Source of the DNA: Synergistales bacterium
GTDB lineage: Bacteria > Synergistota > Synergistia > Synergistales > JAFGMB01
Assembly: GCA_963666205.1 (NCBI GenBank)
Contig: OY762654.1
Span: 1,056,001-1,120,000 of the forward strand
DNA: 64,000 nt
Reading direction: 5' to 3'
Shown here piece by piece: positions 21,329 to 31,612 of this stretch. The position numbers were made by a program, and so were the translations under genes. The notes beneath the pieces are model-generated. The model saw only the letters and a list, made by a program, of their open reading frames with translations, was not told where the DNA came from and ran no database searches. The number at the start of each line of letters is the position of its first letter. The first letter of the stretch is position 1.

Positions 21329-22753
21329 TCAGCAGGAACAGCTGATGTCGAAGATCTTGCCGGGGTTCATGATGTTGTTGGGATCCAGAGCCTGCTTGAT
21401 CTTCCGCATCATTTCAACCTCTGCTTCGCTTGTTACTATGTTCAGGTATTTTTTACGTTTACATCCTATGCCATGTTCTCCAGTTATCTTTCCTCCGAGC
21501 TTTTTACAGAGGGTGTAGATGTCACGCAATGCCTGTTCTTCCGTTTCAAACCACTCTTCCATGGTGGAGTCGGGGTTTTTCAGCAGGGTCGGATGAAGAT
21601 TTCCGTCGCCTGCATGTCCAAATATAGGTATCAGGATATCGTGTTTTTCAGCGATCTTTTCCATTCCCTCTACAAATTCTGTTATGGCCGCAATGGGAAC
21701 TACCGTGTCCTCGTCTGTCATTACAGGGCTAAATACCCGGAAGGCTTCATCGATGTTCCTTCTTACGCTCCAGATCCTCTCCCTCGTGGTGTTGTTATCT
21801 GCAACATAGACTTCTATGGCATCGTTCTGGAAGCAGAGCTCACCGATAAGATCGGCATCAGCATCCACCTGCTCTTCCCGGTTGCCGTCAACTTCGATGA
21901 GGAGCATGGCTCCGGCATTATGATAGGGAAGGCTTTCATTCAGGTATTCACATGTGGTTTTCACTGAAAGATGGTCCATGTACTCTATGGATGTGGGTGT
22001 TATTCCGCATTCCATCATTATTTTGGGAACTACGCTTATGGCAGACCGGGTGTCCTTGAAGAGTACGAGAAGGTCCACCATATACCTGGGCATGGGGGAT
22101 AGCTTGAGTATTATTTTGGTCACTATTCCCAGCGTTCCCTCTGAGCCGACTATGAGCTGTTTGAGGTTATAACCGGTAACATCCTTTACCAGTTTTCCAC
22201 CCAGTTGAAGGATCTCTCCCGTTGGCGTGACTATTTCTAGGCCTATGACATATCTGCTTGTGACTCCGTACTTGATGGCTTTGCCGCCTCCTGCATCTTC
22301 GGCGACATTACCGCCGATGAAACATGACTGCAGGCTCATGGGGTAACCTGCATAAAACAATCCGCTTCCTTCTAGGGCAACATTGATCTCACTGGTAACT
22401 AAGCCTGGTTCCACCACAATTAGCATATTGTTGTAATCGATCTCCAGGATGCTGTTCATTCTTTCAAAGGAGATGACAATTCCTCCAAAGGAGGGTATGG
22501 ATCCGCCGGAAAGACCCGTCCCCCCTCCGCGGGGGGTTATGGGTATTAGCTCACGATTGGCAAGCTTTACAATTTCTGCGATCTCTTCAGCCTTTCGTGG
22601 AATTACTACGACTTCAGGCATGTGGGCATATTGAGGAGGGGTTTCGTCATGAGAATAGGTCGACATTTTCTCTTCATCGGTGATGACATATTTTTTCCCG
22701 ACTATGTCAGAAAGCTGCGACAGTATTGCAGGGGTCACCTGGTTGTATTTCAT
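21329..22753 (-). CDS. FAD-linked 2-hydroxyacid dehydrogenase (LctD/GlcD family)
   Basis: [47 protein letters not shown]. Confidence 0.9.
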   Translation of the reverse strand: MKYNQVTPAILSQLSDIVGKKYVITDEEKMSTYSHDETPPQYAHMPEVVVIPRKAEEIAEIVKLANRELIPITPRGGGTGLSGGSIPSFGGIVISFERMNSILEIDYNNMLIVVEPGLVTSEINVALEGSGLFYAGYPMSLQSCFIGGNVAEDAGGGKAIKYGVTSRYVIGLEIVTPTGEILQLGGKLVKDVTGYNLKQLIVGSEGTLGIVTKIILKLSPMPRYMVDLLVLFKDTRSAISVVPKIMMECGITPTSIEYMDHLSVKTTCEYLNESLPYHNAGAMLLIEVDGNREEQVDADADLIGELCFQNDAIEVYVADNNTTRERIWSVRRNIDEAFRVFSPVMTDEDTVVPIAAITEFVEGMEKIAEKHDILIPIFGHAGDGNLHPTLLKNPDSTMEEWFETEEQALRDIYTLCKKLGGKITGEHGIGCKRKKYLNIVTSEAEVEMMRKIKQALDPNNIMNPGKIFDISCSC

Positions 22754-23775
22754 CTGGATCGGACCTCCTCAAGTTTTTCGTTCAGGGATGGGAGTACTTC
22801 AAAAAGGTCTCCCACGATCCCGAAATCGGCAACTTTGAAGATCTGTGCTTCAGGATCGGAATTTATGGCAACGATGATATCTGCGGTCTTCATACCGGCC
22901 AGATGCTGGATGGCACCCGATATGCCCACTGCAAGGTATAGTTTTGGCGTCACGGTTTTACCGCTTAACCCGACCTGATGGGGATAGCTTATCCATCCCC
23001 TGTCAACTGCATCCCTGCTTCCGCCAACTACCCCATCTAGCCTGGCTGCCAGGTCCCGAATCAGCGCGAAGTTCTCTTTCTTCTTCAATCCCTTCCCGCC
23101 TGATACGACCACGTCGGCTGACTGTATGTCGATATCCTGGTCATCATTCTTCCTGAAACCGATCCTCCGAACCCGTTTATCTTCAAGGTCCTCTTTGAAT
23201 TTCACCCTGATGATCCTGCCTGCATTGTTTTCATCAAGGGGTGCGGGCCTGGTCGAACGGGGTCTGACCGTTGCCATCTGAGGCCGGTGTTCAGGGGTCT
23301 TTATGGTGGCGAGGATATTGCCGCCGATGGCAGGCCTGGTCTGCAGGAGGTTACCGGTGTCGCCTTCGATCTCCAGACCGGTGCAGTCTGCCGTAAGGCC
23401 TGTATTGGCCCTTATGGAGACATGGGGCATAAGGGTCCTTCCCGTTGTTGTTGCTGCAGCGATAAGTATCTCCGGCTTGTATTGTTTTATCAGGTCCAGC
23501 AGTACATTGCTGTGAGTTTCAACTGTAAAATTCTCGAGTACAGGGGCTTCAACCACATAGACCTTGTCTGCGCCTCTTTTTATAAGCTGCTCCAGATCCT
23601 CATCTGACATGCTGCCGGTAAGGAGCACTGAACATAACTGTGTTTTCAGCTGGTCTGCCAGCTTTCTTCCTCTTGAAAGCAGTTCAAAGGATACCTGGCG
23701 GAGTTTTCCTTCTCCGGCTTCGGCAAGGGTCCATACTTCTCTATGGGACATTGAAAGATCCTCCTTCTGATACAT
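22750..23775 (-). CDS. etfA: Electron transfer flavoprotein alpha subunit
   Basis: [38 protein letters not shown]. Confidence 0.92.
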   Translation of the reverse strand: MYQKEDLSMSHREVWTLAEAGEGKLRQVSFELLSRGRKLADQLKTQLCSVLLTGSMSDEDLEQLIKRGADKVYVVEAPVLENFTVETHSNVLLDLIKQYKPEILIAAATTTGRTLMPHVSIRANTGLTADCTGLEIEGDTGNLLQTRPAIGGNILATIKTPEHRPQMATVRPRSTRPAPLDENNAGRIIRVKFKEDLEDKRVRRIGFRKNDDQDIDIQSADVVVSGGKGLKKKENFALIRDLAARLDGVVGGSRDAVDRGWISYPHQVGLSGKTVTPKLYLAVGISGAIQHLAGMKTADIIVAINSDPEAQIFKVADFGIVGDLFEVLPSLNEKLEEVRSR

Positions 23776-24573
23776 CTAGATCAGTTCCTTCATGACCAGG
23801 AAATCCACAAGTTCATGTACGGCTCTGTCCAGGCTTTCTTCATCCTTTGCTGCAAAGATCTTTCCACCCCTTGTAACCTTTGGGGTTTCGATCTTCACCA
23901 CCCGGGTGGGCGATCCGTTCAGGCCGATCCGATTTGTATCAAGGCCTACAGAATCGACTGACCATCGGGGCACTTCTGTGAGTCTGGCCTTCTGTTTTCC
24001 TCTAAGGGTGGGCAGACGGGGATAGCTTATCTCCTTTACCACTGTAAGAAGGGCGGGGAGTTCCATCTGGAGTTTTTCATAACCACCTTCGACAAGACGT
24101 TCTACCACCATGAAGCCATTATCGATCTCCTCGACAGAGCTCACATATGTCGCAAGGGATATGTCCAGAAAGGATGCTATTCCAGGGCCGACCTGCCCTG
24201 TGTCTCCGTCGGTAGCCCTTTCACCACATAGGACAAGATCATAGGTTCCGATCTTTCTGATGGCCTCCGAGAGGGCATAAGAGGTAGCCCACGTATCTGA
24301 CCCGGCAAATTCTTTCCCGGTAAGAACGATACCCCTGTCGCAACCCATGGCCATTGCTTCCTTAACTGCTTTTTCAGCTGCAGGGGGGCCCATTGATATT
24401 ACAGTTACAAGGCCTCCGAATTTCTCCTTCAGCTGAATGCCCGTTTCTATGGCGTAAAGATCAAGGGGGTTGATTATGCTTTCAACACCATCTCTTATCA
24501 TGGTTCCTGTTTTTTCATCCATTTTTACGTTGCTGGTCTCCGGTACCTGTTTGACCGGGATAATAATGTTCAA
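23776..24573 (-). CDS. etfB: Electron transfer flavoprotein beta subunit
   Basis: KQVPET, SMGPP, GSDTWATS, DGDTGQVGP, GSPTRV. Confidence 0.92.
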   Translation of the reverse strand: MNIIIPVKQVPETSNVKMDEKTGTMIRDGVESIINPLDLYAIETGIQLKEKFGGLVTVISMGPPAAEKAVKEAMAMGCDRGIVLTGKEFAGSDTWATSYALSEAIRKIGTYDLVLCGERATDGDTGQVGPGIASFLDISLATYVSSVEEIDNGFMVVERLVEGGYEKLQMELPALLTVVKEISYPRLPTLRGKQKARLTEVPRWSVDSVGLDTNRIGLNGSPTRVVKIETPKVTRGGKIFAAKDEESLDRAVHELVDFLVMKELI

Positions 24574-24696
24574 ACTCCATTCACCTCCAGAACTCTGATG
24601 GAAAGGGTCTCGATGGTTCTGTTAATAAAGAGATTATACCGGACGGGGGGAAGATATGAGGAAAACAGGTCAAAAACAAAATCAAAGTCAAGATAT

Positions 24697-24990
24697 GTTT
24701 TACCGCAGAGGACGCAGAGTAACGCAGAGGAAATCAAACATGAGGGAACCCATGCTGCGAAAAATCAGACTCGATTTTTCACGAATAACCCCCGAATCAT
24801 AGCCCATAAAACTGTTTACCACGGAGGGACACGGAGGAAGGCATAAAGAATGGTGTGCTGCGCAAAATGATGGACCTATTTTGCACGATTAGAACCGTAA
24901 ACCTTGTAACCCTGTCTAACCGCAGAGGGCGCAGAGGAAAAGAAAATCGCACATTAACAATAGAATGATGCGCTGAAGCACATCCTATGG
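24697..24990 (+). repeat. Intergenic repeat cluster 3
   Basis: Tandems at 24702, 24818, 24919; palindrome B at 24755-24784 and 24858-24888; hairpin E at 24967-24990. Confidence 0.92.
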
Positions 24991-25085
24991 AAAACTAACA
25001 TCAAGATAATATAGAGTTATAGGTGCTCTGAAACCCACACCAACAGGAGACGCTACCTGAAACCCGAAATCCTGACAGGAATTTT

Positions 25086-26012
25086 TCAGAAATGAAGGAT
25101 ATTACAGGCCCGCTTAAGACCATAGAGGATGGCTGCTCCGGGATGGCGGTAACAGTAGCGGAGAGCCTGGTAAAACCATGTGGTCCGGCCAACATCTTTC
25201 CAGGGGCCCTTTTGACGGTATTGAAGGTATTCTTCGGCAAAGGTGATCTTTTTCGTACTGAATAGCCAGGGTTTTCTGTTGGTAGTGAAATGAACTATGA
25301 CCGGGTCGGGCATGGGAAGATCTTTCTGGCCTGTTTCCCGGGATAAGTCGTCAAAAATATGGGTTATGAAGTTCCACCTGTTTTCGACATATAAAACATC
25401 ATTTTTAAGGATATTGTTCAAAATATCCTGGTCGTGAAAGGGCGTATCAGCAAGAAAGGTCCTATCCAGGTTAAAGGCTTTATTCTCATAGTCCTTTTCA
25501 CGCCACTGTTTAAGGTCAAAAAGAATAACCCCGGAGTTGAAATACTTGTCACAACCGGGCAAACTCTTGTATTTTTTACAAAGAAAAGGACTATCTTCGA
25601 CAGCTGCAATGGTTTTACCCTGGAGATCGAGGTCCCAGAGATCTTTCAGACTTCCCCGAACTATAGTGTCACAGTCAAGATAAAGGGCCCGGTCGATCTC
25701 TGGAAGGAGTGAGCCTATTTTGAGGCGGAAGTATGTAGGAATGCTAACATGGGTCGAAGAGGGATCCAGTGAAGATATGTGTAAGAATCCGTCTATAGAG
25801 GTTATGGAAATGTGGGTGAAGTCGAAATCCCTTATGCTCCTGAGGCTCAGGATCCTTTGCTTTTCCAGTTCGGGGAGGGATTCGGAAAGTACAAAAAAGT
25901 GTATCCTGTCATCACGGGCAGTATTTGTGAGAATTGAGGTCATGGTGACCCCCATATGGGGTATGAATGTCTGGTCTGTTGAAAAAACTATATTCATACT
26001 TGGACACACCAC
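25086..26012 (-). CDS. GT8 family glycosyltransferase
   Basis: TYFRL, LYLDCD, YFNSGV, DQDILN, IVHFT..KPW. Confidence 0.9.
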   Translation of the reverse strand: MVCPSMNIVFSTDQTFIPHMGVTMTSILTNTARDDRIHFFVLSESLPELEKQRILSLRSIRDFDFTHISITSIDGFLHISSLDPSSTHVSIPTYFRLKIGSLLPEIDRALYLDCDTIVRGSLKDLWDLDLQGKTIAAVEDSPFLCKKYKSLPGCDKYFNSGVILFDLKQWREKDYENKAFNLDRTFLADTPFHDQDILNNILKNDVLYVENRWNFITHIFDDLSRETGQKDLPMPDPVIVHFTTNRKPWLFSTKKITFAEEYLQYRQKGPWKDVGRTTWFYQALRYCYRHPGAAILYGLKRACNILHF

Positions 26013-26110
26013 CTGTTTCCGGGAGTTCGGAGATTCGACTGCTGAGCATTTAACCTTGATCAGTTTAGCATAGACTTTAACGAGGGCAGGGCAAAATCAG
26101 GATCAAGACA

Positions 26111-26545
26111 TATTTTACCGCAGAGGAAACCGAAAGACTGAGAACCGTAAACCAAAAAACCTGTTTCACCACGGAGGACACGGAGGAGGATCTGAGGAAA
26201 ACCAGATCAAAATCAAAACACGTTTTACCGCAGAGGGCGCAGAGAGCGCAAAGGAAAGCATGAACCCTTGGTTAGAACAGACTGTTTCTGAATTCTGAAT
26301 GAGGTATGTTCGGATGATATGCTACTTTACCGATAGGTTGTTGGATGTCACGAAATCGGAGATTTGTGCCATGGAAACCCGTAAAGCCCAAACGCTAAAA
26401 CCCTTTCACCACGGAGGACACGGAGGTACACGGAGGAGACCGTTAAACCAATAAATCCTTGTGTTACTGCGCAAAATGATGGACCTATTTTGCACGATTA
26501 GAACCGTAAACCGTTTAACCCTGTCTAACTGCAGAAGGCGTAGGG
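26111..26545 (+). repeat. Intergenic repeat cluster 4
   Basis: Tandems near 26117, 26168, 26227, 26408, 26528; palindrome B at 26467-26497; 26227-26371 matches 29331-29475 with 2 mismatches. Confidence 0.92.
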
Positions 26546-26605
26546 GACAAAAACCTGGAGGTAAGGGAACCGGTTGAAATCTGCTGGCCTGCTTCGCCGA
26601 ACTCC

Positions 26606-27613
26606 TTAGACTTTGTAATAATCCCGGTACCAGGAAACGAACCTTTCAAGGCCAACTTCTATGGGGGTGTCTGGCCTATAGCCCACTTCTGCTGCGAGAT
26701 CATCGATATCTGCAAAGGTTTCCACCACGTCTCCGGGCTGCATGGGAAGAAATTCCTTTTTTGCTTCCCTGCCTGTACACTTTTCAAGAGTTGTTATGAA
26801 ATCCATAAGCTTTACGGGTTTATTATTACCTATGTTATACACCCTGTAGGGAGCATAGCTTTTTCCTGGTTCAGGAGAATTGCCGCTCCAGTCGGGATCG
26901 GGCTGGGGAGGCCTGTTCATTGTCCTTACAACACCTTCGACGATATCATCGATCCAGGTGAAGTCCCTTTTCATTTCTCCGTTGTTGAAAACCTTTATGG
27001 GCCGGTCTTCAAGGATGGCTTTGGTGAAGAGGAAATAGGCCATGTCGGGTCTGCCCCAGGGTCCATATACGGTAAAGAACCGGAGTCCGGTGCAGGGAAG
27101 TCCATATAGGTGGCTGTAGGAATGGGCCATTAGTTCGTTTGCCTTCTTGGTGGCAGCGTAAAGACTTACAGGGTGGTCTACGTTGTCTGATACCCTAAAG
27201 GGTTTGCTGGTATTTGCTCCATATACTGAACTGGAGGAAGCATAAACCATGTGCTCTACTCCATTATGGCGGCATGCTTCAAGGATGTTGAGGAACCCTG
27301 TCAGATTGCTCTGGCCGTAGGCCTGGGGGTTGGTTATGGAATACCTTACTCCGGCCTGGGCGGCAAGGTGGATAACCCTCCGGGGTCTGTCATTACTGAA
27401 CAGGCTGCTGACTGCCATGCTGTCTGAAATATCCATTCTGTGGAAGGTGAACTCCGGATAGTTTTTAAGGACTCCGAGGCGATCTTCCTTGAGGGTCACG
27501 TCGTAGTAATCGTTGAGATTGTCGATGGCCGTGATCTTGTGTCCTTCCTGCAGGAGTTTCAGAGAAACATGGTATCCGATAAAACCGGCGGCACCGGTGA
27601 CAAGTATTTGCAT
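26606..27613 (-). CDS. UDP-glucuronate 4-epimerase (Uge/LpsL-type)
   Basis: TGAAGFIG, HLAAQAGVRYS, YAATKKANE, GPWGRPDMA, MQPGDV. Confidence 0.88.
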   Translation of the reverse strand: MQILVTGAAGFIGYHVSLKLLQEGHKITAIDNLNDYYDVTLKEDRLGVLKNYPEFTFHRMDISDSMAVSSLFSNDRPRRVIHLAAQAGVRYSITNPQAYGQSNLTGFLNILEACRHNGVEHMVYASSSSVYGANTSKPFRVSDNVDHPVSLYAATKKANELMAHSYSHLYGLPCTGLRFFTVYGPWGRPDMAYFLFTKAILEDRPIKVFNNGEMKRDFTWIDDIVEGVVRTMNRPPQPDPDWSGNSPEPGKSYAPYRVYNIGNNKPVKLMDFITTLEKCTGREAKKEFLPMQPGDVVETFADIDDLAAEVGYRPDTPIEVGLERFVSWYRDYYKV

Positions 27614-27754
27614 GGGTTCCTCCTGGAAATTAAAGCATTATTGTTTATTGTAATGCATTTTGAAGAGGAAAATGAAGATTTTACCTTATTGAAACGGTTT
27701 TAATAATATAATATTACAGTTAAGGTAGTAATGGAAAACCGAAGAAAATTGAGT

Positions 27755-27776
27755 GGTGCGCTGAAGCGCACCCTGC
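27755..27776 (-). repeat. Isolated REP-like hairpin E
   Basis: GGTGCGC-TGAA-GCGCACC perfect stem, same family as 21173. Confidence 0.8.
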
Positions 27777-27829
27777 TCTAAAAGTTGTAGACCATATTAT
27801 GAAATCTTAATTTTTCTGGGGGGATAGAT

Positions 27830-29161
27830 TTGAACAGTATGAAAATAGGTGTAATAGGGACAGGTTATGTGGGGCTGGTTTCAGGACTTTGCCTGGCAGA
27901 CTTCGGCTTCACCGTTACCTGCGGTGATATAGATGTTTCAAAGATCGAGAGGCTCAACAGTGGAGAGATTCCCATATACGAGCCAGGGCTCAAGTCCGTT
28001 TACGATCGGGTAACCGAGCTCGGGAGAGTTACCTTTACCACTAATATCGATACCCTGGTAAACGACAGCGATGTGATCTTCATCTGCGTCGGAACTCCTC
28101 CTGAAGAAGACGGTTCCGCTGACCTCAAGTACGTCTGGCAGGTAGCAGAGACCATAGGAAAGAACCTGGAAACTTACAAGGTCATAGTAGATAAATCTAC
28201 CGTTCCAGTTGGTACGGCCCGAAAGGTTTATGACATCATCAAAGGTCAACTGGCTGAAAGAAATATGGATTCTGCCTTCGATGTGGTTTCAAATCCGGAA
28301 TTTCTCAGGGAAGGGAAAGCCGTCCATGATTTCACCCATCCGGACAGGATAGTTATAGGTTCCGATTCAGAGAGGGCCTGTGAGATCATGAAAAAGGTTT
28401 ACAGTCCCTTGAAGCTCAATGAGGTTCCCTTCGTGCTGACAAATCCCGAGACGGCGGAATTGATAAAATATGCCTCCAACGCTTTTCTGGCCACAAAGAT
28501 CGGTTTTATAAACGAAATAGCAAACCTGTGCGAGGCTGTTGGTGCAGATGTCCATAAGGTGGCAAAATCCATGGGTATGGACGGACGGATAAGCAGCAAG
28601 TTCCTCCACCCTGGCCCCGGTTACGGCGGCAGCTGTTTTCCCAAGGACACCATGGCCCTGGTGAATATGGCCAGAGAAAATGGTGTGGACTCCCTGGTGG
28701 TTTCTGCCGTGGTGGACTCCAATATCAGGCAAAAGGTCAGAATGGCAGAGAAGATAAAAAAGGCCTTTGGCGGAGATGTAGCAGGAAAGCAGATAGCGAT
28801 CCTGGGTTTGAGTTTCAAGCCGGAGACGGATGACGTTAGGGAATCCCCTGCCCTGGTAATAATCCCCGAGCTTCTGCAGAGGGGTGCTTTGGTACACGCC
28901 TACGATCCCCAGGGGATCGGTGAAACAAAGAAGGCTCTTACTGAGAGTGATGCAGATATTCTGTACACTGCTGATGAATATGACGCGTGCAAGGGTGCGG
29001 ATGCTGTTGTTATACTCACCGACTGGAACCAGTTCCGCAGGCTCGATCTTCAGAGGCTTAAAGACCTTATGAAAGGGAACAGGTTCTTCGACTTCAGGAA
29101 CATCTACGACCGGGAAGAGGTTGAAGGTATGGGGTTCTATTATGAAGGGGTGGGAAGGTAG
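27830..29161 (+). CDS. ugd: UDP-glucose 6-dehydrogenase
   Basis: GTGYVG, KSTVPVGT, SNPEFLREG, GYGGSCFPKD, FKPETDD.RESP. Confidence 0.92.
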   Translation: MNSMKIGVIGTGYVGLVSGLCLADFGFTVTCGDIDVSKIERLNSGEIPIYEPGLKSVYDRVTELGRVTFTTNIDTLVNDSDVIFICVGTPPEEDGSADLKYVWQVAETIGKNLETYKVIVDKSTVPVGTARKVYDIIKGQLAERNMDSAFDVVSNPEFLREGKAVHDFTHPDRIVIGSDSERACEIMKKVYSPLKLNEVPFVLTNPETAELIKYASNAFLATKIGFINEIANLCEAVGADVHKVAKSMGMDGRISSKFLHPGPGYGGSCFPKDTMALVNMARENGVDSLVVSAVVDSNIRQKVRMAEKIKKAFGGDVAGKQIAILGLSFKPETDDVRESPALVIIPELLQRGALVHAYDPQGIGETKKALTESDADILYTADEYDACKGADAVVILTDWNQFRRLDLQRLKDLMKGNRFFDFRNIYDREEVEGMGFYYEGVGR

Positions 29162-29163
29162 TT

Positions 29164-29907
29164 CGATTTTAGATTGGGGATTTTGGATTAAAAGATAGAA
29201 AACAACACCCAGAGCTTAAAAACTGTTTTACCGCAGAGAACGCAGAGGAAATCCTCAAATCTTTTTTTACTGCACAAAATGATGCACCAGTTTTGCACGA
29301 TTAGAACCGTAAACCTTTTAACCCTGTCTAACCGCAGAGGGCGCAGAGAGCGCAGAGGGAAGCATGAACCCTTGGTTAGAACAGACTGTTTCTGAATTCT
29401 GAATGAGGTATGTTCGGATGATATGCTACTTTACCGATAGGTTGTTGGATGTCACGAAATCGGAGATTTGTGCCAGGAGTCTAACTTCTAACCTGGAGGA
29501 CACAGAGGAAAACATAAAACCTAAGTCAAAATCTATTTTACTGCAGAGGATCCGCCGTAAACCATCGTATAAAACCATTAGACCCAAGTAGTGGCGGACT
29601 TTCAGCGCAGAGGAAAGCATGAACCCTTGGATTTGAAAATCTACTGCGCAAAACGGTGATACTATTTTGCTCGAGTTAAACCTAAGAACCGTAAAGCTGA
29701 ACTGTTTAAACCTTTCACCACGGAGGGCACGGAGTGCCACGGAGGTAAACCAGGTCAAAATCAAAAGCTGTTTTACCGCAGAGGGCGCAGAGGAAGGCGT
29801 AAGCCCTTGGGGTAACTGTTCAGGGATAACATCCCATATACATCCGGACAGATCATATCCTACTATGATAAAGGTTTTGGGGAGGCACAAAATCGGAGAT
29901 TTGTGAC
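29164..29907 (+). repeat. Intergenic repeat cluster 5 (longest mosaic)
   Basis: Heptamer run 29164-29189; tandems at 29230, 29331, 29540, 29717, 29775; palindrome B at 29270 and 29644; element D 29546-29608; palindrome F at 29451 and 29884. Confidence 0.92.
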
Positions 29908-30043
29908 ATGCTAAAGACTGGACCGGGATGTGGGGGAGAAAAACAATGACCGCCTGGAATTTCATGTTGAAGAATGTCACGTTAGGGTACACAATATAAG
30001 ATGATCTGCCTGAAAATACTATTTTTGAACATTTCATATAGAG

Positions 30044-31447
30044 GTGACTGATTTGAATAACCTGTACACCCTTATTCTTGCGGGGGGAAGCGGGACCCGG
30101 CTGTGGCCCCTTTCCCGTGAGGAACTGCCCAAGCAGTTCCTGTATCTTACCAATCACTCTACCCTCCTTCAGAATACAGTAACAAGAACCCTCGAATTTA
30201 CAGATTCCAACAAGCTTTTTGTCGTGGCTGGCCAGAACTGGAGAGCCCTGGTGGACCACCAGGTCAGACAGGCCGGCAATTTTAAAGAAAGTATAGTAAT
30301 TACCGAGCCATTGGGCCGGAATACGGGACCAGCCATCGCACTGGGTATTTCCTACCTCCTCGACAGGGCTGGAGCCAAGAAAGAAGACTCTGTCCTGATC
30401 TGTCCAAGCGACCATATCATCAATGATGTACCAGCATTTTCTTCAGCTGTGGGAAATGCTGTCAAGGCAAGCGAGAAGGGCTATATTTCCACCTTCGGCA
30501 TTGTGCCTACAGGACCGGAAACGGGCTTTGGATACCTTCATGCCGGGGACATCAACGGTGAAGGTTACTCCGAACTTGAGGAGTTCGTGGAAAAACCGGA
30601 TCTCGAAAGGGCAAAGAGCTACTTGGAGGACGGGAATTATTACTGGAACAGCGGCATGTTCGTCTTCCGGATCGGCGACATGATGGATGCCCTGAAAAAA
30701 CATATGCCCCAGCTGGGTGAAGCGGCGGAAAGGGGTTACGAGTTTCTTCTTGGTTCCTTCGAGGATATGCCCTCCATTTCCATAGATTATGGCGTTATGG
30801 AAAAACTTGAGAAGACTGCCATGGTTCCCCTGGATGCGGGATGGTCCGATGTGGGTTCCTGGGATGCGGTATATGACATTTCTGAAAAGGAGACTTCGGG
30901 CAATGCTGTTCATGGCGATGCCATTCTCAAGGACAGCACCAACAATCTGATGTTTTCCAGGGAAAGGCTGCTGGTGGGTGTGGATCTCCATGACATGCTT
31001 GTTGTGGATACACCAGATGCCCTTTTTGTAGCCCCCAAGGGAAGTTCCCAGAAGGTTCGGGATGTGGTAAAGGAACTGAGGTCAATGGGACGGAAGGAAG
31101 CAACAGAAGCACCTGAAAGCGCAAGGCCCTGGGGGACATACAAGGTCCTTACAGAGGCAGATAGGTACAAGATCAAGAAAATAGCAATTGAACCCGGCAA
31201 GAGATTGAGCCTGCAGTATCACCATCATAGAAGTGAACACTGGGTGGTTGTAAGGGGTACTGCCCTGGTCACCCTGGATGATAATGAAGTTTTTGTCCAT
31301 GAGGGAGAGAGCATCTTTGTTCCCAAGGACAGTCATCACAGGCTGGCAAACCCCGGCAAGATCCCCCTGGAGATAATCGAGGTCCAGAACGGGGAATACC
31401 TGGGCGAGGATGACATTGTCCGCATTCAGGACGATTACAAGCGCTGA
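30044..31447 (+). CDS. manC: Mannose-1-phosphate guanylyltransferase / mannose-6-phosphate isomerase
   Basis: ILAGGSGTRLWPLSR..PKQF, EP.GRNT, FVEKP, WNSGMF, GWSDVGSW, C-terminal cupin RPWG. Confidence 0.93.
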   Translation: MTDLNNLYTLILAGGSGTRLWPLSREELPKQFLYLTNHSTLLQNTVTRTLEFTDSNKLFVVAGQNWRALVDHQVRQAGNFKESIVITEPLGRNTGPAIALGISYLLDRAGAKKEDSVLICPSDHIINDVPAFSSAVGNAVKASEKGYISTFGIVPTGPETGFGYLHAGDINGEGYSELEEFVEKPDLERAKSYLEDGNYYWNSGMFVFRIGDMMDALKKHMPQLGEAAERGYEFLLGSFEDMPSISIDYGVMEKLEKTAMVPLDAGWSDVGSWDAVYDISEKETSGNAVHGDAILKDSTNNLMFSRERLLVGVDLHDMLVVDTPDALFVAPKGSSQKVRDVVKELRSMGRKEATEAPESARPWGTYKVLTEADRYKIKKIAIEPGKRLSLQYHHHRSEHWVVVRGTALVTLDDNEVFVHEGESIFVPKDSHHRLANPGKIPLEIIEVQNGEYLGEDDIVRIQDDYKR

Positions 31448-31474
31448 AGAAAAACCAGGTCAAAGTCAGAACCT

Positions 31475-31545
31475 TTTTCACCACGGAGTATTACAGAAGA
31501 AAACATGGGGTCTAATCGAAAATCGCAAATCTAAAATCTAAAATT
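31475..31545 (+). repeat. Repeat cluster 6: short CACGGAG unit plus AAAATCT-type heptamer run
   Basis: TTTTTCACCACGGAG near 31475; AATCGAAAATCGCAAATCTAAAATCTAAAATT at 31514-31545. Confidence 0.75.
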
Positions 31546-31612
31546 CTCAGGTGGGTATTTTTTTGAGTGAATTTGCTTTAACCTTGAGAGGGAATAATTC
31601 CTCGATGGGTGG

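Noticed and set aside
21329-22753. FAD oxidoreductase as the missing DprE1 of the UbiA module
   Set aside because: Has the GlcD/LctD C-terminal motifs, is translationally coupled to etfA and lies on the opposite strand
24697-29800. Repeat clusters as CRISPR arrays
   Set aside because: Repeats vary in length and sequence, spacing is irregular, spacers are reused between clusters, and no cas genes are present
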